DNA of 46,384 bases from a bacterium (GTDB taxonomy: Bacteria > Patescibacteriota > Dojkabacteria > JAKAPS01 > JAJZLI01): contig JAJYWX010000034.1 in NCBI GenBank assembly GCA_021791275.1, positions 1 to 46,384 on the forward strand, given 5' to 3'. Both the position numbers and the translations under genes were made by a program. The notes below the pieces were generated by a model. The model searched no databases. It had not been told where the DNA came from and saw nothing but the letters and a program-made list of their open reading frames with translations. This document shows positions 20,135 to 30,366 of this stretch, one piece after another (within the stretch, counting starts at the first letter, position 1; every line of letters starts with the position of its first letter).

Positions 20135-20671
20135 TTAAAAATCTATTCCTATTTTTGCTAATTTCCCTTTTGAAAAGGCATGTTTTATCTCTTTCATTTC
20201 TGTAACAGTATCTGCAAGATCAATTATTTTTTTATTTGCATAATTTCCTGTTAGTACAAGATCCATTTCTTTCCTTTTTAATTTTATTATATCGATTATA
20301 TCTGATACTTTTATAAGCTTTCCTTTTGCGGCATAATTTATCTCATCTAATATTACAATGTCATTCTCTTCTTTTTGTACTTCTTTTTTAGCTATCTCCA
20401 ATGCTTCTTGTGCAGCTTTTTTATGTTCAGAAAAAGTTAATTTATCATCAATTATTCCGACAAATCCTTTCCCTAGAGTTATTAATTTAAAATTCGGATA
20501 AAGCCTTTTAAAGCTCTTTTTCTCTCCATAGAACCAAGAGCCTTTAATAAATTGTATCATTACACCATGAAGACCATACCCGCAGGCGCGCAGAGCTATT
20601 CCTAATGCTGCTGTAGTTTTACCTTTCCCTCCACCTGTATTTACTATTATAAGTCCATCTCCTCTTTTCAT
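20135..20671 (-). CDS. cobO: Cob(I)alamin adenosyltransferase (CobO/BtuR)
   Basis: GLIIVNTGGGKGKTTAALG, IQFIKG, LDEINYA, LVLTG, ADTVTEM..IKH and GIDF motifs. Confidence 0.93.
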   Translation of the reverse strand: MKRGDGLIIVNTGGGKGKTTAALGIALRACGYGLHGVMIQFIKGSWFYGEKKSFKRLYPNFKLITLGKGFVGIIDDKLTFSEHKKAAQEALEIAKKEVQKEENDIVILDEINYAAKGKLIKVSDIIDIIKLKRKEMDLVLTGNYANKKIIDLADTVTEMKEIKHAFSKGKLAKIGIDF

Positions 20672-21006
20672 CTATTATCTCCCTTAGATTTGATAACTTT
20701 TCTTTTTTTTCTATCTAATACTTTTTCAAGATTGGTATTTGCTATTGATGAAAGTGGAATATTAAATTCATTAGCTAATTCTGAGATATACCATAAAACA
20801 TCACCTAGTTCTTTTTCTATCTCTTTAAGATCATCTTCTGTATATTTACCATCATTGTTTCTTACTATCTTCTTTATTTTTTCAACAACTTCGCCTGTTT
20901 CTCCAGCTATACCCAAACAAAGGTATATAAAAGCTGGCACAAAATTTGAATAATCAGCAGTTTTATGGGCTATTTTTTGGTATTCATCAAAGGTATATTT
21001 TTTCAT
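20668..21006 (-). CDS. MazG-like nucleoside triphosphate pyrophosphohydrolase (start revised to 21006)
   Basis: LGIAGETGEVVEKIKK, KELGDVLWY and GDNR end; ATG at 21006 overlaps the nrdJ TGA (ATGA). Confidence 0.88.
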   Translation of the reverse strand: MKKYTFDEYQKIAHKTADYSNFVPAFIYLCLGIAGETGEVVEKIKKIVRNNDGKYTEDDLKEIEKELGDVLWYISELANEFNIPLSSIANTNLEKVLDRKKRKVIKSKGDNR

Positions 21007-23246
21007 ACGGAACAATAAGAATATCCACATGAAGGACAGGTTGCACATCCTTCTTTTAGCTCCATTTTTTGATTACATTCGGGACATCTATTATTCTCTG
21101 GAATAGTCTCTTCAAATTTTTTATTTTCGCGTTTTACCTCTTTTCCTTCATCATTTTTCAAAAGATTTAATACCTGTACATCTCTGGATCCATCTCTGTA
21201 TACTGTACATCCTTTACACTTTAGTTGCCATGCAAGAATATATCCTTGCATTACATCATCCTTAGTTGCTGAATTTGGAAAGTTGCAAGTTTTAGAAATA
21301 GCATTATCTGTATATTTTTGAAATGCAGCTTGCATACGTATGTGTGATTCAGCAGATATATCCATAGCAACAACAAAAGTATCTTTTATATCTTGAGGAA
21401 TACCTTTTATATTTTGTAGACTCCCTTCTTCTGAAATTTTTTCTATTAAATCATGAGTATACAAATTTCTTTCTCTTAATACTTTTTCTAGATGCTTGTT
21501 TAAATAGTACAATTTTTGTCCTCCCATTACCTCTTTATAATAAGAAAGTGCAAAGTATGGCTCTACCCCAGAAGAGACATCATAGATCATTGATATTGAT
21601 CCTGTTGGAGCTACTGTTGTTAGGGCAGCATTCCGCATTTTTATATTTTTTTCTTTATATATGGATAAATCATAATTAGGAAAAACTCCCTTCTCTTTAG
21701 CTAGTCTTTGTGATTCCACATGAGCTTCATCGTTAATGAGTTTCATTACTTTAGATGCCATTTGAAATCCTTTATCTGAATCATATCGAATATTCAACAT
21801 ATATAATAAGTCTGCAAATCCCATGATTCCTAATCCTATTCTTCTATTACCTCTAAATGTTGTATTAACTCTTTCTGAAGGGTATTCTGAAAGGTCAATA
21901 ACATTATCCAGTAATCTTACTGATATTCGGGTTACTTCTTTTAGTCTTTCTTCATCTAATTTCCCATCTTTTGCAAACATTTCTAGATTAATTGATCCTA
22001 AGTTGCAAACATCCCCGTCTTGCAAAAATTGTTCTCCACAAGGGTTGCATGCTTCAATTCTTCCAAGTTTTGGAACAGGGTTTTTTCTGTTAGCTTCATC
22101 TAGAAATACTACCCCAGGTTCCCCATTACTCCAAGCTGCAGAGACTATTTCATCAAATATTTCTCTTGCAGTCATTGTGGACTCTTTTATATCGCTAACA
22201 TTTCCATATTTATCTCTTATGATAGTCCTTGGTTTCATTTTTACTCCACCAAACTCACAAATCCAAGGTTTATCAGAATTTGATATGACCTCTTTCATAA
22301 ACTTATCTGTTATTCCAACAGATATATTAAAATTTCTTAAATCTCCCTCTACCCTTTTAGCTTGAACAAAATCTAATATATCTGGATGGTCGATAGACAT
22401 TACAGCCATATTAGCTCCATGTCTTCCTTGTTGTTTAATTATTCCAAAAGCTTCGTTATATACTTTTAGAAAACTTACAGGGCCAGATGATACTCCCTTA
22501 TTTCTTATAGTTCTTTGTCCTGCTGGTCTTAAGAGGTGGAAAGGAAAACCTAATCCAGATCCAGATTGTTGAAGAAGAGCAGCTTCTTTTAATGTTTGAA
22601 ATATTCCTTCCATAGAATCTTCCATATGAAGTACTATACAATTTGCAACTAGTTTCGTATCTGAACCAGCATTTGCAAGTGTTCTCCCAGCTGGAGTGAA
22701 TTCAAAGTTATATAATACGTCTCTAAAATCTTTCTCTATTTTTTTTATATCATCAGAATTTTTTCCATACCTTTTTTCTACATTTGCAAGGGATTTTGCT
22801 ACTCTGTCAAACATTTCTTCTGGATTTTCAACAATTTTTCCTGTTTTTCCATCTCTTTTAAGGTATCTTCCTGCAATAACTCTAAGAGAATTTTCTGTAA
22901 AAGGTAATCTTGTAGATTTACCCTCCATGATGTCTTCCTGTATTTGTCTTATCTTGGAATGTTCTTCTCTGTATAGGATGTATGTTTTTGCAACTTGATG
23001 ATACCTTTCATCATTTTGTGCCATTAATGTTATCTCTACTATATCTTGGGTTTGTTCTACAGTTGGAATTTTGTTAGGATATTTTTTTTCTAATATTTCT
23101 ACAACTTTACTTGATAATTTTTCAGCTTCATTATGAAGAAAGCTTTCTCCAAACCTTGATTTTCCAGCTTTAAAAATGGCCTCTGTGATTTTATTATTGT
23201 TAAATAGGACGGTAGATCCATCCCTTTTGATTATCTTTTTAATCAT
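21003..23246 (-). CDS. nrdJ: Adenosylcobalamin-dependent (class II) ribonucleotide reductase with ATP cone
   Basis: N-terminal IIKRDG ATP cone; ANC, NPCGEQ, CNLGSINL, TTVAPTGSIS and VYRDGSR motifs; C-terminal CPEC...CPSCG zinc ribbon. Confidence 0.95.
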   Translation of the reverse strand: MIKKIIKRDGSTVLFNNNKITEAIFKAGKSRFGESFLHNEAEKLSSKVVEILEKKYPNKIPTVEQTQDIVEITLMAQNDERYHQVAKTYILYREEHSKIRQIQEDIMEGKSTRLPFTENSLRVIAGRYLKRDGKTGKIVENPEEMFDRVAKSLANVEKRYGKNSDDIKKIEKDFRDVLYNFEFTPAGRTLANAGSDTKLVANCIVLHMEDSMEGIFQTLKEAALLQQSGSGLGFPFHLLRPAGQRTIRNKGVSSGPVSFLKVYNEAFGIIKQQGRHGANMAVMSIDHPDILDFVQAKRVEGDLRNFNISVGITDKFMKEVISNSDKPWICEFGGVKMKPRTIIRDKYGNVSDIKESTMTAREIFDEIVSAAWSNGEPGVVFLDEANRKNPVPKLGRIEACNPCGEQFLQDGDVCNLGSINLEMFAKDGKLDEERLKEVTRISVRLLDNVIDLSEYPSERVNTTFRGNRRIGLGIMGFADLLYMLNIRYDSDKGFQMASKVMKLINDEAHVESQRLAKEKGVFPNYDLSIYKEKNIKMRNAALTTVAPTGSISMIYDVSSGVEPYFALSYYKEVMGGQKLYYLNKHLEKVLRERNLYTHDLIEKISEEGSLQNIKGIPQDIKDTFVVAMDISAESHIRMQAAFQKYTDNAISKTCNFPNSATKDDVMQGYILAWQLKCKGCTVYRDGSRDVQVLNLLKNDEGKEVKRENKKFEETIPENNRCPECNQKMELKEGCATCPSCGYSYCSV

Positions 23247-23283
23247 AAGGATTTGAGTTGGACTAAATTATGTTTATATCAGA

Positions 23284-23312
23284 AATATATTATTTTCTGT
23301 TATTTTTGTCAA
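23284..23312 (-). promoter_or_regulatory. Promoter of nrdJ-MazG-like-cobO, overlapped by an imperfect dyad (CAGAAA-N8-TTTCTG, 23280-23299)
   Basis: Minus strand TTGACA, 17 nt, TATATT. Confidence 0.6.
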
Positions 23313-23346
23313 ATAAGGCTTCTCCATATTTATCTTATCTACATTT

Positions 23347-23589
23347 TTATTTAACGGGATCATTTCCTCCCTTAGAAAAGGGATTACATCGCATTATTCT
23401 ATATGTACCCATAGAGATTCCCTTAATTAGACCGTATTTTTCTATTGCCTGATACGTATATTCAGAGCAACTGGGATTATATTTACAATAGCCAAGGGGA
23501 AAAAGTTTTTTAAAAAAACCATGGTCAGGAGATATTGTTTTTTGATAAAAACGTATAATTCTTAAAAAAGGTTTTCTTATATTTTTCAT
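23347..23589 (-). CDS. yidD: Membrane protein insertion efficiency factor
   Basis: [22 protein letters not shown] and [12 protein letters not shown] motifs. Confidence 0.93.
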   Translation of the reverse strand: MKNIRKPFLRIIRFYQKTISPDHGFFKKLFPLGYCKYNPSCSEYTYQAIEKYGLIKGISMGTYRIMRCNPFSKGGNDPVK

Positions 23590-24824
23590 ATAAATATTAG
23601 AATAGAAGCTATTACCATTATTATAACAGAGAGGATTGAAAAGAAATTATCAAACAGTTTATTTGTATTATTCCCCATTATATCCTTATTATTAGCTATT
23701 ACTATTATAAATATTACTATTATTGGAGTAAGTATCCCATCCAATACTTGAGAGTAAAAAAGTGCATCAATAGTATTAATCTTAAATATAGCAAAGGCAA
23801 ATCCAGAAAGAAGAGATGCTACTATAATATAGTAAAAAAGTTTTGATTCTCTAAAACCCAAAGAAAGAAATCCTCTTTTTTTAGTAAGCTCAGTTAGTGC
23901 ATATGATGAAGATATTGCCAAAACAGGTATTGCTATCAATCCTGCAGATATTATTCCAACTGCAAATAATTGTGAAGCAAGGTTTCCTGCAAGAGGTCTT
24001 AGTACTGATGCAGTTGCTATTGCAGGATACTTAGAACTTAATATATTTATATGATTTTTAAATAAAGTTGCACCTGCTGCAGTTATTATAAATATTGTCA
24101 TTACCTGGGAGAAAATAAATCCAGCTGTAACAGCTCTCCTTTCTCTTTTTGCAAAAGAAAATCTTCTTTTTTCTTCTTGTTCTTCTTCTTGTTGCCAAAA
24201 TAGAAGGTATGGGGAAATCGTAGTACCTAGTATTCCTGTGGCAGTTAGAGCATAACCTTTATTGAAAAATAAATCTTTTAAATTTGGAATAAAAGTTCCC
24301 TTAAGTACATCTATTATATTAGGGTGCACTAAAACTACAGTGATTGCATAACTTATAAATACAAGAGATCCCCAGAACATATATTTTGCTATTTTTTTGT
24401 AGTCTTTGAAAACAATGATATATACCAGGAATAGAAAAAGTGGTATTAGGATGTATTGTGTGTTATATGTATTGTTTGTAAAGAAAAGATCTATAGATGC
24501 AGACGTAGCAAGCATATCTGCCCCTATTGTAAAGGTATTACAAAATATTAGTATTAATACTATGATTATGGCTACAAATTTTCCATATCTATTTTCAATT
24601 ATTTCATTAAGGCCTTTTCTTGTTATGACACCAATTCTTGCAACTGTTGATTGTACAGCAATAAGCATGGGGATACTTATAAGCATTAGCCAATTTTGTG
24701 AATATCCAAATTGTGATCCAGATATAGAATATGTAGATATTCCTGAAGGATCATTATCTGCAGCACCAGTTATAACTCCTGGTCTTATTTCTTCTATAAA
24801 ATCTTTTGTTTTGGTCTTTTTCAT
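23586..24824 (-). CDS. NRAMP-family divalent metal transporter (DNDPSG clade)
   Basis: [29 protein letters not shown] and about 11 TM segments. Confidence 0.88.
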   Translation of the reverse strand: MKKTKTKDFIEEIRPGVITGAADNDPSGISTYSISGSQFGYSQNWLMLISIPMLIAVQSTVARIGVITRKGLNEIIENRYGKFVAIIIVLILIFCNTFTIGADMLATSASIDLFFTNNTYNTQYILIPLFLFLVYIIVFKDYKKIAKYMFWGSLVFISYAITVVLVHPNIIDVLKGTFIPNLKDLFFNKGYALTATGILGTTISPYLLFWQQEEEQEEKRRFSFAKRERRAVTAGFIFSQVMTIFIITAAGATLFKNHINILSSKYPAIATASVLRPLAGNLASQLFAVGIISAGLIAIPVLAISSSYALTELTKKRGFLSLGFRESKLFYYIIVASLLSGFAFAIFKINTIDALFYSQVLDGILTPIIVIFIIVIANNKDIMGNNTNKLFDNFFSILSVIIMVIASILIFI

Positions 24825-25357
24825 TTAGATGGTATTATGATACTTTTTTTGGTCTGTATTTTTTGAATTGCATTTCCTACTATTGGGGATAATATTTTAT
24901 TATTTTCTTTTATTATATAGCTTCCAATAGAAGATTGTCTTATTGCTGATTGTAAACTTCCTTGTCCAGGGAAGAAATTTATATTTTCTATTATAAATAT
25001 AATAAAACTTAAAAGTATTAAAGCTTCTATGAAAGATAATATTACTCCTAAGTATCTGTTAAGAGGAGAAGATCTAAATTCTTTAGGTATCCTTTTGTAT
25101 GCAATATTAGAAAGAATTTCAAAAGCAACTGCTATTATTATGAAAGTTACAACTATGAATATGAATTTATTAAATCCTAAAGGTATTTTCAATATATCTT
25201 CAAGTATATATCCTCCTAATGTATAATATTTTACTGATATAGCGTATGCTACTATAAGTCCTAAAAATCCTGTAAATATCCTTACTCCTCCATCCGTGTA
25301 ACCTCTATATATATATATTAAAAAAATTATAATTATAACAATATTTATATAATTCAT
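24821..25357 (-). CDS. CvpA (colicin V production) family membrane protein
   Basis: YRGY..G and LNRYLG..L motifs, 4 TM segments, C-terminal S..G. Confidence 0.8.
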   Translation of the reverse strand: MNYINIVIIIIFLIYIYRGYTDGGVRIFTGFLGLIVAYAISVKYYTLGGYILEDILKIPLGFNKFIFIVVTFIIIAVAFEILSNIAYKRIPKEFRSSPLNRYLGVILSFIEALILLSFIIFIIENINFFPGQGSLQSAIRQSSIGSYIIKENNKILSPIVGNAIQKIQTKKSIIIPSK

Positions 25358-25403
25358 GTATAATATAGTATGTATTTTTTAGTGAACTTTCAATAGCACA
25401 CAT

Positions 25404-25431
25404 TTTAATGTTGTTTTAATATTCATTTAAT
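25404..25431 (+). promoter_or_regulatory. Three TTTAAT direct repeats at 11-bp period; putative OmpR/PhoB-family binding array upstream of htrA
   Basis: TTTAAT begins at 25404, 25415 and 25426; -10 candidates TATCAT (25437) and TAAAAT follow. Confidence 0.45.
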
Positions 25432-25473
25432 ATAAGTATCATAAATAAAATTAGTTTTGTAGTAATTAAAAGT

Positions 25474-26754
25474 ATGGAAGATAAAAAAGAAAAAGAAATA
25501 GAAAACAAAGTTCAATCTGTATCTCCTGAGGAGCATTTTGAATATACAACCAAAAGAGAACTAAAAAGAACAATGACATTTGTCTTGGTTGTAAGTATAG
25601 TTTTTTCAACTTTGCTTGGTGGACTTTTGGGGTATATTGCAAGTTCATCTTTTGTAAATAATAATAGTTCAGGTAAGACTCTATCTTCTATAACAGAAAA
25701 TGTGCCATCAGTTAATCAACAATCTGCTGTAATATCTGCAGTGAAAAAAACTAATCCTGCTGTTGTAAGTATTATCGCATCTCAGTATGTCTCTAATAAT
25801 AATAGCTTTAATAATATTTTCAATTTTTTGAATAATGGTGGAAGTAATTCATCTGGTGGAAGCAATTCATCTGGAGGATCTTTGCAAGAGGTTGCTGCAG
25901 GTTCGGGATTCATAATAACATCAGATGGATATATTCTTACTAATAAGCATGTAGTTGCATCAAAAACATACTCATATACTGTTATTATGAATAATGGGGT
26001 CAATTATAAGGCAACTGTAGTTGCTAGAGATCCAACTAATGATCTTGCTGTAGTAAAAATTAATGCTACAAATCTACCTACTCTGACTTTAGGAAACTCA
26101 TCTAATCTGCAATTAGGATCAGATGTTATAGCTATTGGTAATGCTCTAGGCCAATACCAAAATACAGTAGATACAGGGGTTATATCTGGTTTAGGAAGAA
26201 CTGTACAAGCACAAAATCCGGAGACAGGAGCAGTTGAGAATCTTACTGGAATGATTCAAACTGATGCAGAAATAAATCCTGGAAATTCTGGTGGTCCTCT
26301 CTTAAATCTTGAAGGTCAGGTTATAGGAATCAATACAGCAATTGCTCAATCTGCACAAGGAATTGGATTTGCTATACCAATAAATCAAGCAAAAGCAGAT
26401 GTTTCATCAATACTTAAGAATAATGGAAAAATTATAAAGCCAGAATTAGGAGTCACATATGAGATGGTAACCCCTGGGATTCAAAAATCAAAGAATCTAC
26501 CATATTCTTATGGTGCTATAATAGTAAAATCTGGTAGTAATTCAGGGGTCTTGTCAAATACTCCAGCATCAAGAGCAGGACTTAAAACTGGAGATGTAAT
26601 ATTAGAAGTTAATGGTGTTAAAGTGAACAATATGAATCCTTTATCATATCTTATTGGGGAACAGCAGATAAACTCTACTATTACTTTAAAGGTATATACT
26701 AAGAACAAGAATGTAAAGAATTTTTCTGTAACATTGAATAAAGTTTTTAGTTAA
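25474..26754 (+). CDS. htrA: HtrA/DegP-family serine protease (TM + trypsin + PDZ)
   Basis: LTNKHVV, DLAVVK and INPGNSGGPL triad motifs; PA..AGLK.GDVI PDZ motif. Confidence 0.95.
   Translation: MEDKKEKEIENKVQSVSPEEHFEYTTKRELKRTMTFVLVVSIVFSTLLGGLLGYIASSSFVNNNSSGKTLSSITENVPSVNQQSAVISAVKKTNPAVVSIIASQYVSNNNSFNNIFNFLNNGGSNSSGGSNSSGGSLQEVAAGSGFIITSDGYILTNKHVVASKTYSYTVIMNNGVNYKATVVARDPTNDLAVVKINATNLPTLTLGNSSNLQLGSDVIAIGNALGQYQNTVDTGVISGLGRTVQAQNPETGAVENLTGMIQTDAEINPGNSGGPLLNLEGQVIGINTAIAQSAQGIGFAIPINQAKADVSSILKNNGKIIKPELGVTYEMVTPGIQKSKNLPYSYGAIIVKSGSNSGVLSNTPASRAGLKTGDVILEVNGVKVNNMNPLSYLIGEQQINSTITLKVYTKNKNVKNFSVTLNKVFS
25837..25872 (+). repeat. 18-bp tandem duplication encoding (GGSNSS)2 in an HtrA loop
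   Basis: ggtggaagtaattcatct followed by ggtggaagcaattcatct. Confidence 0.8.
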
Positions 26755-26757
26755 TTT

Positions 26758-27435
26758 ATGGAAAAAAAACAAACTATTTTAATAGTTGAGGATGAGAGAA
26801 AAATATCTAGCTTCATAAAAAGAGGTTTAACGGACGCAGGATATTTTGTAGATACAGCCTTTACTGGTGATGAGGCATTAGATAAGGTATCTGAGGAATT
26901 CAGTCTTATCATTCTTGACCTAATGCTTCCCGATATGGATGGATTCGATATCTGTAAAAAAATAAGGAAAGATGGAATCCAAGTTCCAATGATTATATTG
27001 ACAGCTAAAAATTCTACTGAGGATAAAATAAAGGGATTAGATATAGGGGCAGATGATTATCTCACAAAACCTTTTGCTATAGGCGAGCTTCTTTCAAGAA
27101 TAAAAGCTTTATTAAGGAGAGGTCCTTCAATATCTGGAGGGGAGCTTAAAGTTGGAGATTTAATTCTTAATACAAAAACTCATGAAGTCTATAGAAATGG
27201 AAAATTGATAGAACTATCACAAAAGGAATTCTCTATACTCGAGTATATGATGTACAATAAAGATATAGTTTTGACAAGGACAATGATAGAAGATCATGCT
27301 TGGGATTATGAATTTGATAATTTTTCTAATGTTGTAGATGTATATATACGAATGTTAAGAAAGAAAATAGATGATGGATATAAAAACAAAATTATTAAAA
27401 CTATACGAGGAGTGGGCTACAAAGTTAAAGGATAA
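26758..27435 (+). CDS. OmpR/PhoB-family response regulator
   Basis: IVEDE, ILDLMLP..DG, LTAK, GADDYLTKPF, SNVVDVYI..LRKK and TIRGVGY motifs. Confidence 0.96.
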   Translation: MEKKQTILIVEDERKISSFIKRGLTDAGYFVDTAFTGDEALDKVSEEFSLIILDLMLPDMDGFDICKKIRKDGIQVPMIILTAKNSTEDKIKGLDIGADDYLTKPFAIGELLSRIKALLRRGPSISGGELKVGDLILNTKTHEVYRNGKLIELSQKEFSILEYMMYNKDIVLTRTMIEDHAWDYEFDNFSNVVDVYIRMLRKKIDDGYKNKIIKTIRGVGYKVKG

Positions 27436-28828
27436 TAATTTATTTTCAACATTAAAATTTAAATTTTTATTTTGGAACATAATATTATCTACTGTTTCAA
27501 TATTTATAATATTGTTTGCATTCTTTGAAACAGCACAATATGTTCTCTACTCTCAATTCAACTCCAATCTACTTTATACTGCTCATGAGGTATCTTCTCT
27601 CGTAGGTAATTCTTCCTCTCAGTATAATTCTGATAATATATATCAATTTCATAATAAAAAGTTCATAGGATATTTTATACTAGTGCTAAATTCTAATGGA
27701 CATGTTATTGCTGAATCTAATGATATTAAATTAAGTGGATCTTTTATAAAAGATTTATTTGGAGCTGTACAAAAGAAATCAACATCTTCTGTGTTTAATC
27801 AAAATATAGGAGGAAGAGAGTTATCCTTAGTTTCTTTGCCTGTATTTAATAGTTTTAATGATCTTACAGGTGTTGTTATTGTAGGGAATTCTGTAGATAT
27901 AATTAATCAAACTTTGCATACACTTTTCTTCGTAATGTTTTTTATGTCCTTAATATTCATATTTATTGTAGTTTTATTTACTTTTTATTTTTCAGATAAA
28001 ATTACAGAACCTTTAAGTGAAATTACATCTCAAATTGTATCAATAACTGGGTTTAATCTTAACCAAAGGCTCCAAAAAGGAAATTATGAGGTTGAGTTCA
28101 ATGTCTTGTCTGATGAGTTTAATAAACTATTTGATAGACTAGAGGCTACATTTCAAAGGGAGAAGAATTTTATAAATGATGTTGCACATGAGATAAAAAC
28201 ACCACTTGCTATTATTCGCGGAGAGAATGAATTAGCATTAAATAAGAAAAATGAAGATATTAAATTTTATAGAAAGATACTGGAGGCTAATATAAGCCAG
28301 TCGAGTAAAATTGAAAAGGTATTAAATGATGTTTTATCTTTGGCTAGAATTGAGTACAGAAGTATATCATATAAGAGTGAAAGAATTAATTTATATGAAG
28401 TTTTATCAGAAATGTCAGAAGATATTAAAATTATGGCAGAGGGTAAAAAGTTGAATTTTGAATTTTTACACAAAGGTAAAGATTTTTATATTTTTGCTAA
28501 TAAGGAAAATATATCTAAGGCTATATTTAATATAGTTTCTAATTCTTTAAAGTATACTAAAAGTGGCTTTATAAAAATGAATCTTTATAAGAAGAATAAA
28601 AATATATTTATAGAAATTGAAGATAGTGGTATTGGAATAGAAGAAAAAGATAAACAGAGAATCTTTAACAGGTTCTATAGAGCATCAAATGTCAAAAATA
28701 TTGATGGGTCAGGATTAGGGCTATCTTTATCTAAATCTATAATCGAAGGTTATCTGGGATCTATATTTGTAGAAAGTGAAATTGGTAAAGGATCCAAATT
28801 TACCATAAATTTTAATGAAATTAAGTAA
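27371..28828 (+). CDS. Sensor histidine kinase (2 TM, HAMP, HisKA, HATPase)
   Basis: VAHEIKTPL, NIVSNSLKY, DSGIGI and GSGLGLS boxes; start uncertain (27371 or 27374, overlapping the regulator). Confidence 0.92.
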   Translation: MMDIKTKLLKLYEEWATKLKDNNLFSTLKFKFLFWNIILSTVSIFIILFAFFETAQYVLYSQFNSNLLYTAHEVSSLVGNSSSQYNSDNIYQFHNKKFIGYFILVLNSNGHVIAESNDIKLSGSFIKDLFGAVQKKSTSSVFNQNIGGRELSLVSLPVFNSFNDLTGVVIVGNSVDIINQTLHTLFFVMFFMSLIFIFIVVLFTFYFSDKITEPLSEITSQIVSITGFNLNQRLQKGNYEVEFNVLSDEFNKLFDRLEATFQREKNFINDVAHEIKTPLAIIRGENELALNKKNEDIKFYRKILEANISQSSKIEKVLNDVLSLARIEYRSISYKSERINLYEVLSEMSEDIKIMAEGKKLNFEFLHKGKDFYIFANKENISKAIFNIVSNSLKYTKSGFIKMNLYKKNKNIFIEIEDSGIGIEEKDKQRIFNRFYRASNVKNIDGSGLGLSLSKSIIEGYLGSIFVESEIGKGSKFTINFNEIK

Positions 28829-29024
28829 AAATGAGTAATTAATCCTTTCACACTATTAAACATTATAAATTTTTATACCAACTGTAATGTTGCTCTCATA
28901 AATTTAGTCAACCTATCTGGACAATTTTTTGCTACAGAATAAATAGTTGCACTTTACATAAATACTATTGATATGGTAGTATAAGTGATATTAACATTAA
29001 GTTAATTTTATAAAGATATAGAAA

Positions 29025-30365
29025 ATGTTTAGATTACCAGAGGAAGAGCCTGGCTCGCCCAGTAGGTTTAGTTCTTACAATATTTTTAAATTATCCATTT
29101 TAAAAGAATTCAAAGAGTCTTTATTCTCTTATATTTCTGACAGAGGTTCTCTTTTTTCTTTTTATGGTAATCGTATAAAAATTTTATTCAGACGTTTAAA
29201 TTTCGTTAAATCTTCAATATTTCAGAAATTTTATTGGGGAAGAGGTAATTTATACAAACCCTTACTTACGGTTCTCGTAGTTTCAATTTTTAGTTTTAGT
29301 TTTATTATGATATGGATTTTATCTGGAAGTCCATTTAGCAGGCATATAAAAATACAATCCTTGTCATCTCAAAAGCCCACTATTTCTAGAAGCATACTTT
29401 CTTCTTCGGAAGGTAATACAAACAGTTTATCTCTTACTAAAGCTAAAGTTGGAACAAGTTATGGCCTTGTTAACTGGTATAAGGTACAGCCTAATGACAC
29501 AATAGAGAGTATTGCTAAGAAATTTAATACAACTCCTAGTGTAATAGAGTGGTCAAATAATCTTTCAGGTAAGAATATTTATGTTGGAGAAGAATTAAAT
29601 ATTATTCCAATATCCGGGATAACATATGTAGTACAACCAAAGGATACTCTAGAGAGTATTGCTCAAAAATTCAATGTTAGTGTTAATGAAATAGAAGATT
29701 GGAACCTTTTAAATAATTCTGAGGTAGCAAAAGGGCAATTATCTTCTGGAGAGACTATATTTATCCCTAATGCAATAATACAAGGATCTCAAACACAAAG
29801 TACCAGTACATCTAGTAATACAAATCAGACTTCGAATAATTTTTCTAATTTTTCATCAGATTTAGTAAACAGTTCTGTTTCTGTAAAAACTGGGCAAGAA
29901 AATCCATCACTCTATTACTATAGTCAACTTAATCCAAGTTGGGCTAATGTAAGACTCGGATATAGTGGATATACAATATCTGAGGTTGGATGTCTGATTA
30001 CAGATATAGCTATGGTCGGGAAATATTATGGATATAATATTAATCCAGCTAGTATTGCTGAAAATCCTGGTAATTTTTCAGGACCTCTATTTAATTGGAA
30101 TGGTTTAGGTATATTTAATGTTGACCCTTTGGGTAATCTTTATGGTGGTTATGTGAATTGGTCTGAAGTAAATTCTGAACTTTTGTCTGGACATCCAGTT
30201 ATTGTATCTATAGATTATGATTATCATTACGTACTTTTGACTTCAATTTTAAGTAATGGTGAATATGTTATGAACGATCCAGCTAGGGGTTCAGGATTAA
30301 TATTTAATAACTATTATTCAACTTCATCAGTTACCCAAGCTATTTTATTTACACCAAGAGGATAA
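29025..30365 (+). CDS. TM-anchored 2xLysM protein with C-terminal C39-like cysteine peptidase domain
   Basis: Two Y.VQP.DT..SIA.KF LysM repeats, an S/T/N-rich linker, then YYSQ...W, VGCLIT, HYVLL and MNDP (Cys-His-Asp). Confidence 0.85.
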   Translation: MFRLPEEEPGSPSRFSSYNIFKLSILKEFKESLFSYISDRGSLFSFYGNRIKILFRRLNFVKSSIFQKFYWGRGNLYKPLLTVLVVSIFSFSFIMIWILSGSPFSRHIKIQSLSSQKPTISRSILSSSEGNTNSLSLTKAKVGTSYGLVNWYKVQPNDTIESIAKKFNTTPSVIEWSNNLSGKNIYVGEELNIIPISGITYVVQPKDTLESIAQKFNVSVNEIEDWNLLNNSEVAKGQLSSGETIFIPNAIIQGSQTQSTSTSSNTNQTSNNFSNFSSDLVNSSVSVKTGQENPSLYYYSQLNPSWANVRLGYSGYTISEVGCLITDIAMVGKYYGYNINPASIAENPGNFSGPLFNWNGLGIFNVDPLGNLYGGYVNWSEVNSELLSGHPVIVSIDYDYHYVLLTSILSNGEYVMNDPARGSGLIFNNYYSTSSVTQAILFTPRG

Positions 30366-30366
30366 T

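Noticed and set aside
21007-21048. N-terminal extension of the MazG-like ORF as called in the ORF track
   Set aside because: It overlaps the nrdJ zinc-ribbon codons; the ATGA-coupled start at 21006 is more plausible.
23247-23346. Cobalamin riboswitch or NrdR box upstream of nrdJ
   Set aside because: The leader is too short and AT-rich for the riboswitch, and the dyad does not match the NrdR consensus well.
28829-29024. Possible ncRNA or small ORF in the 196-bp spacer
   Set aside because: No convincing stem, tRNA motif or ORF; probably the promoter region of the LysM gene.
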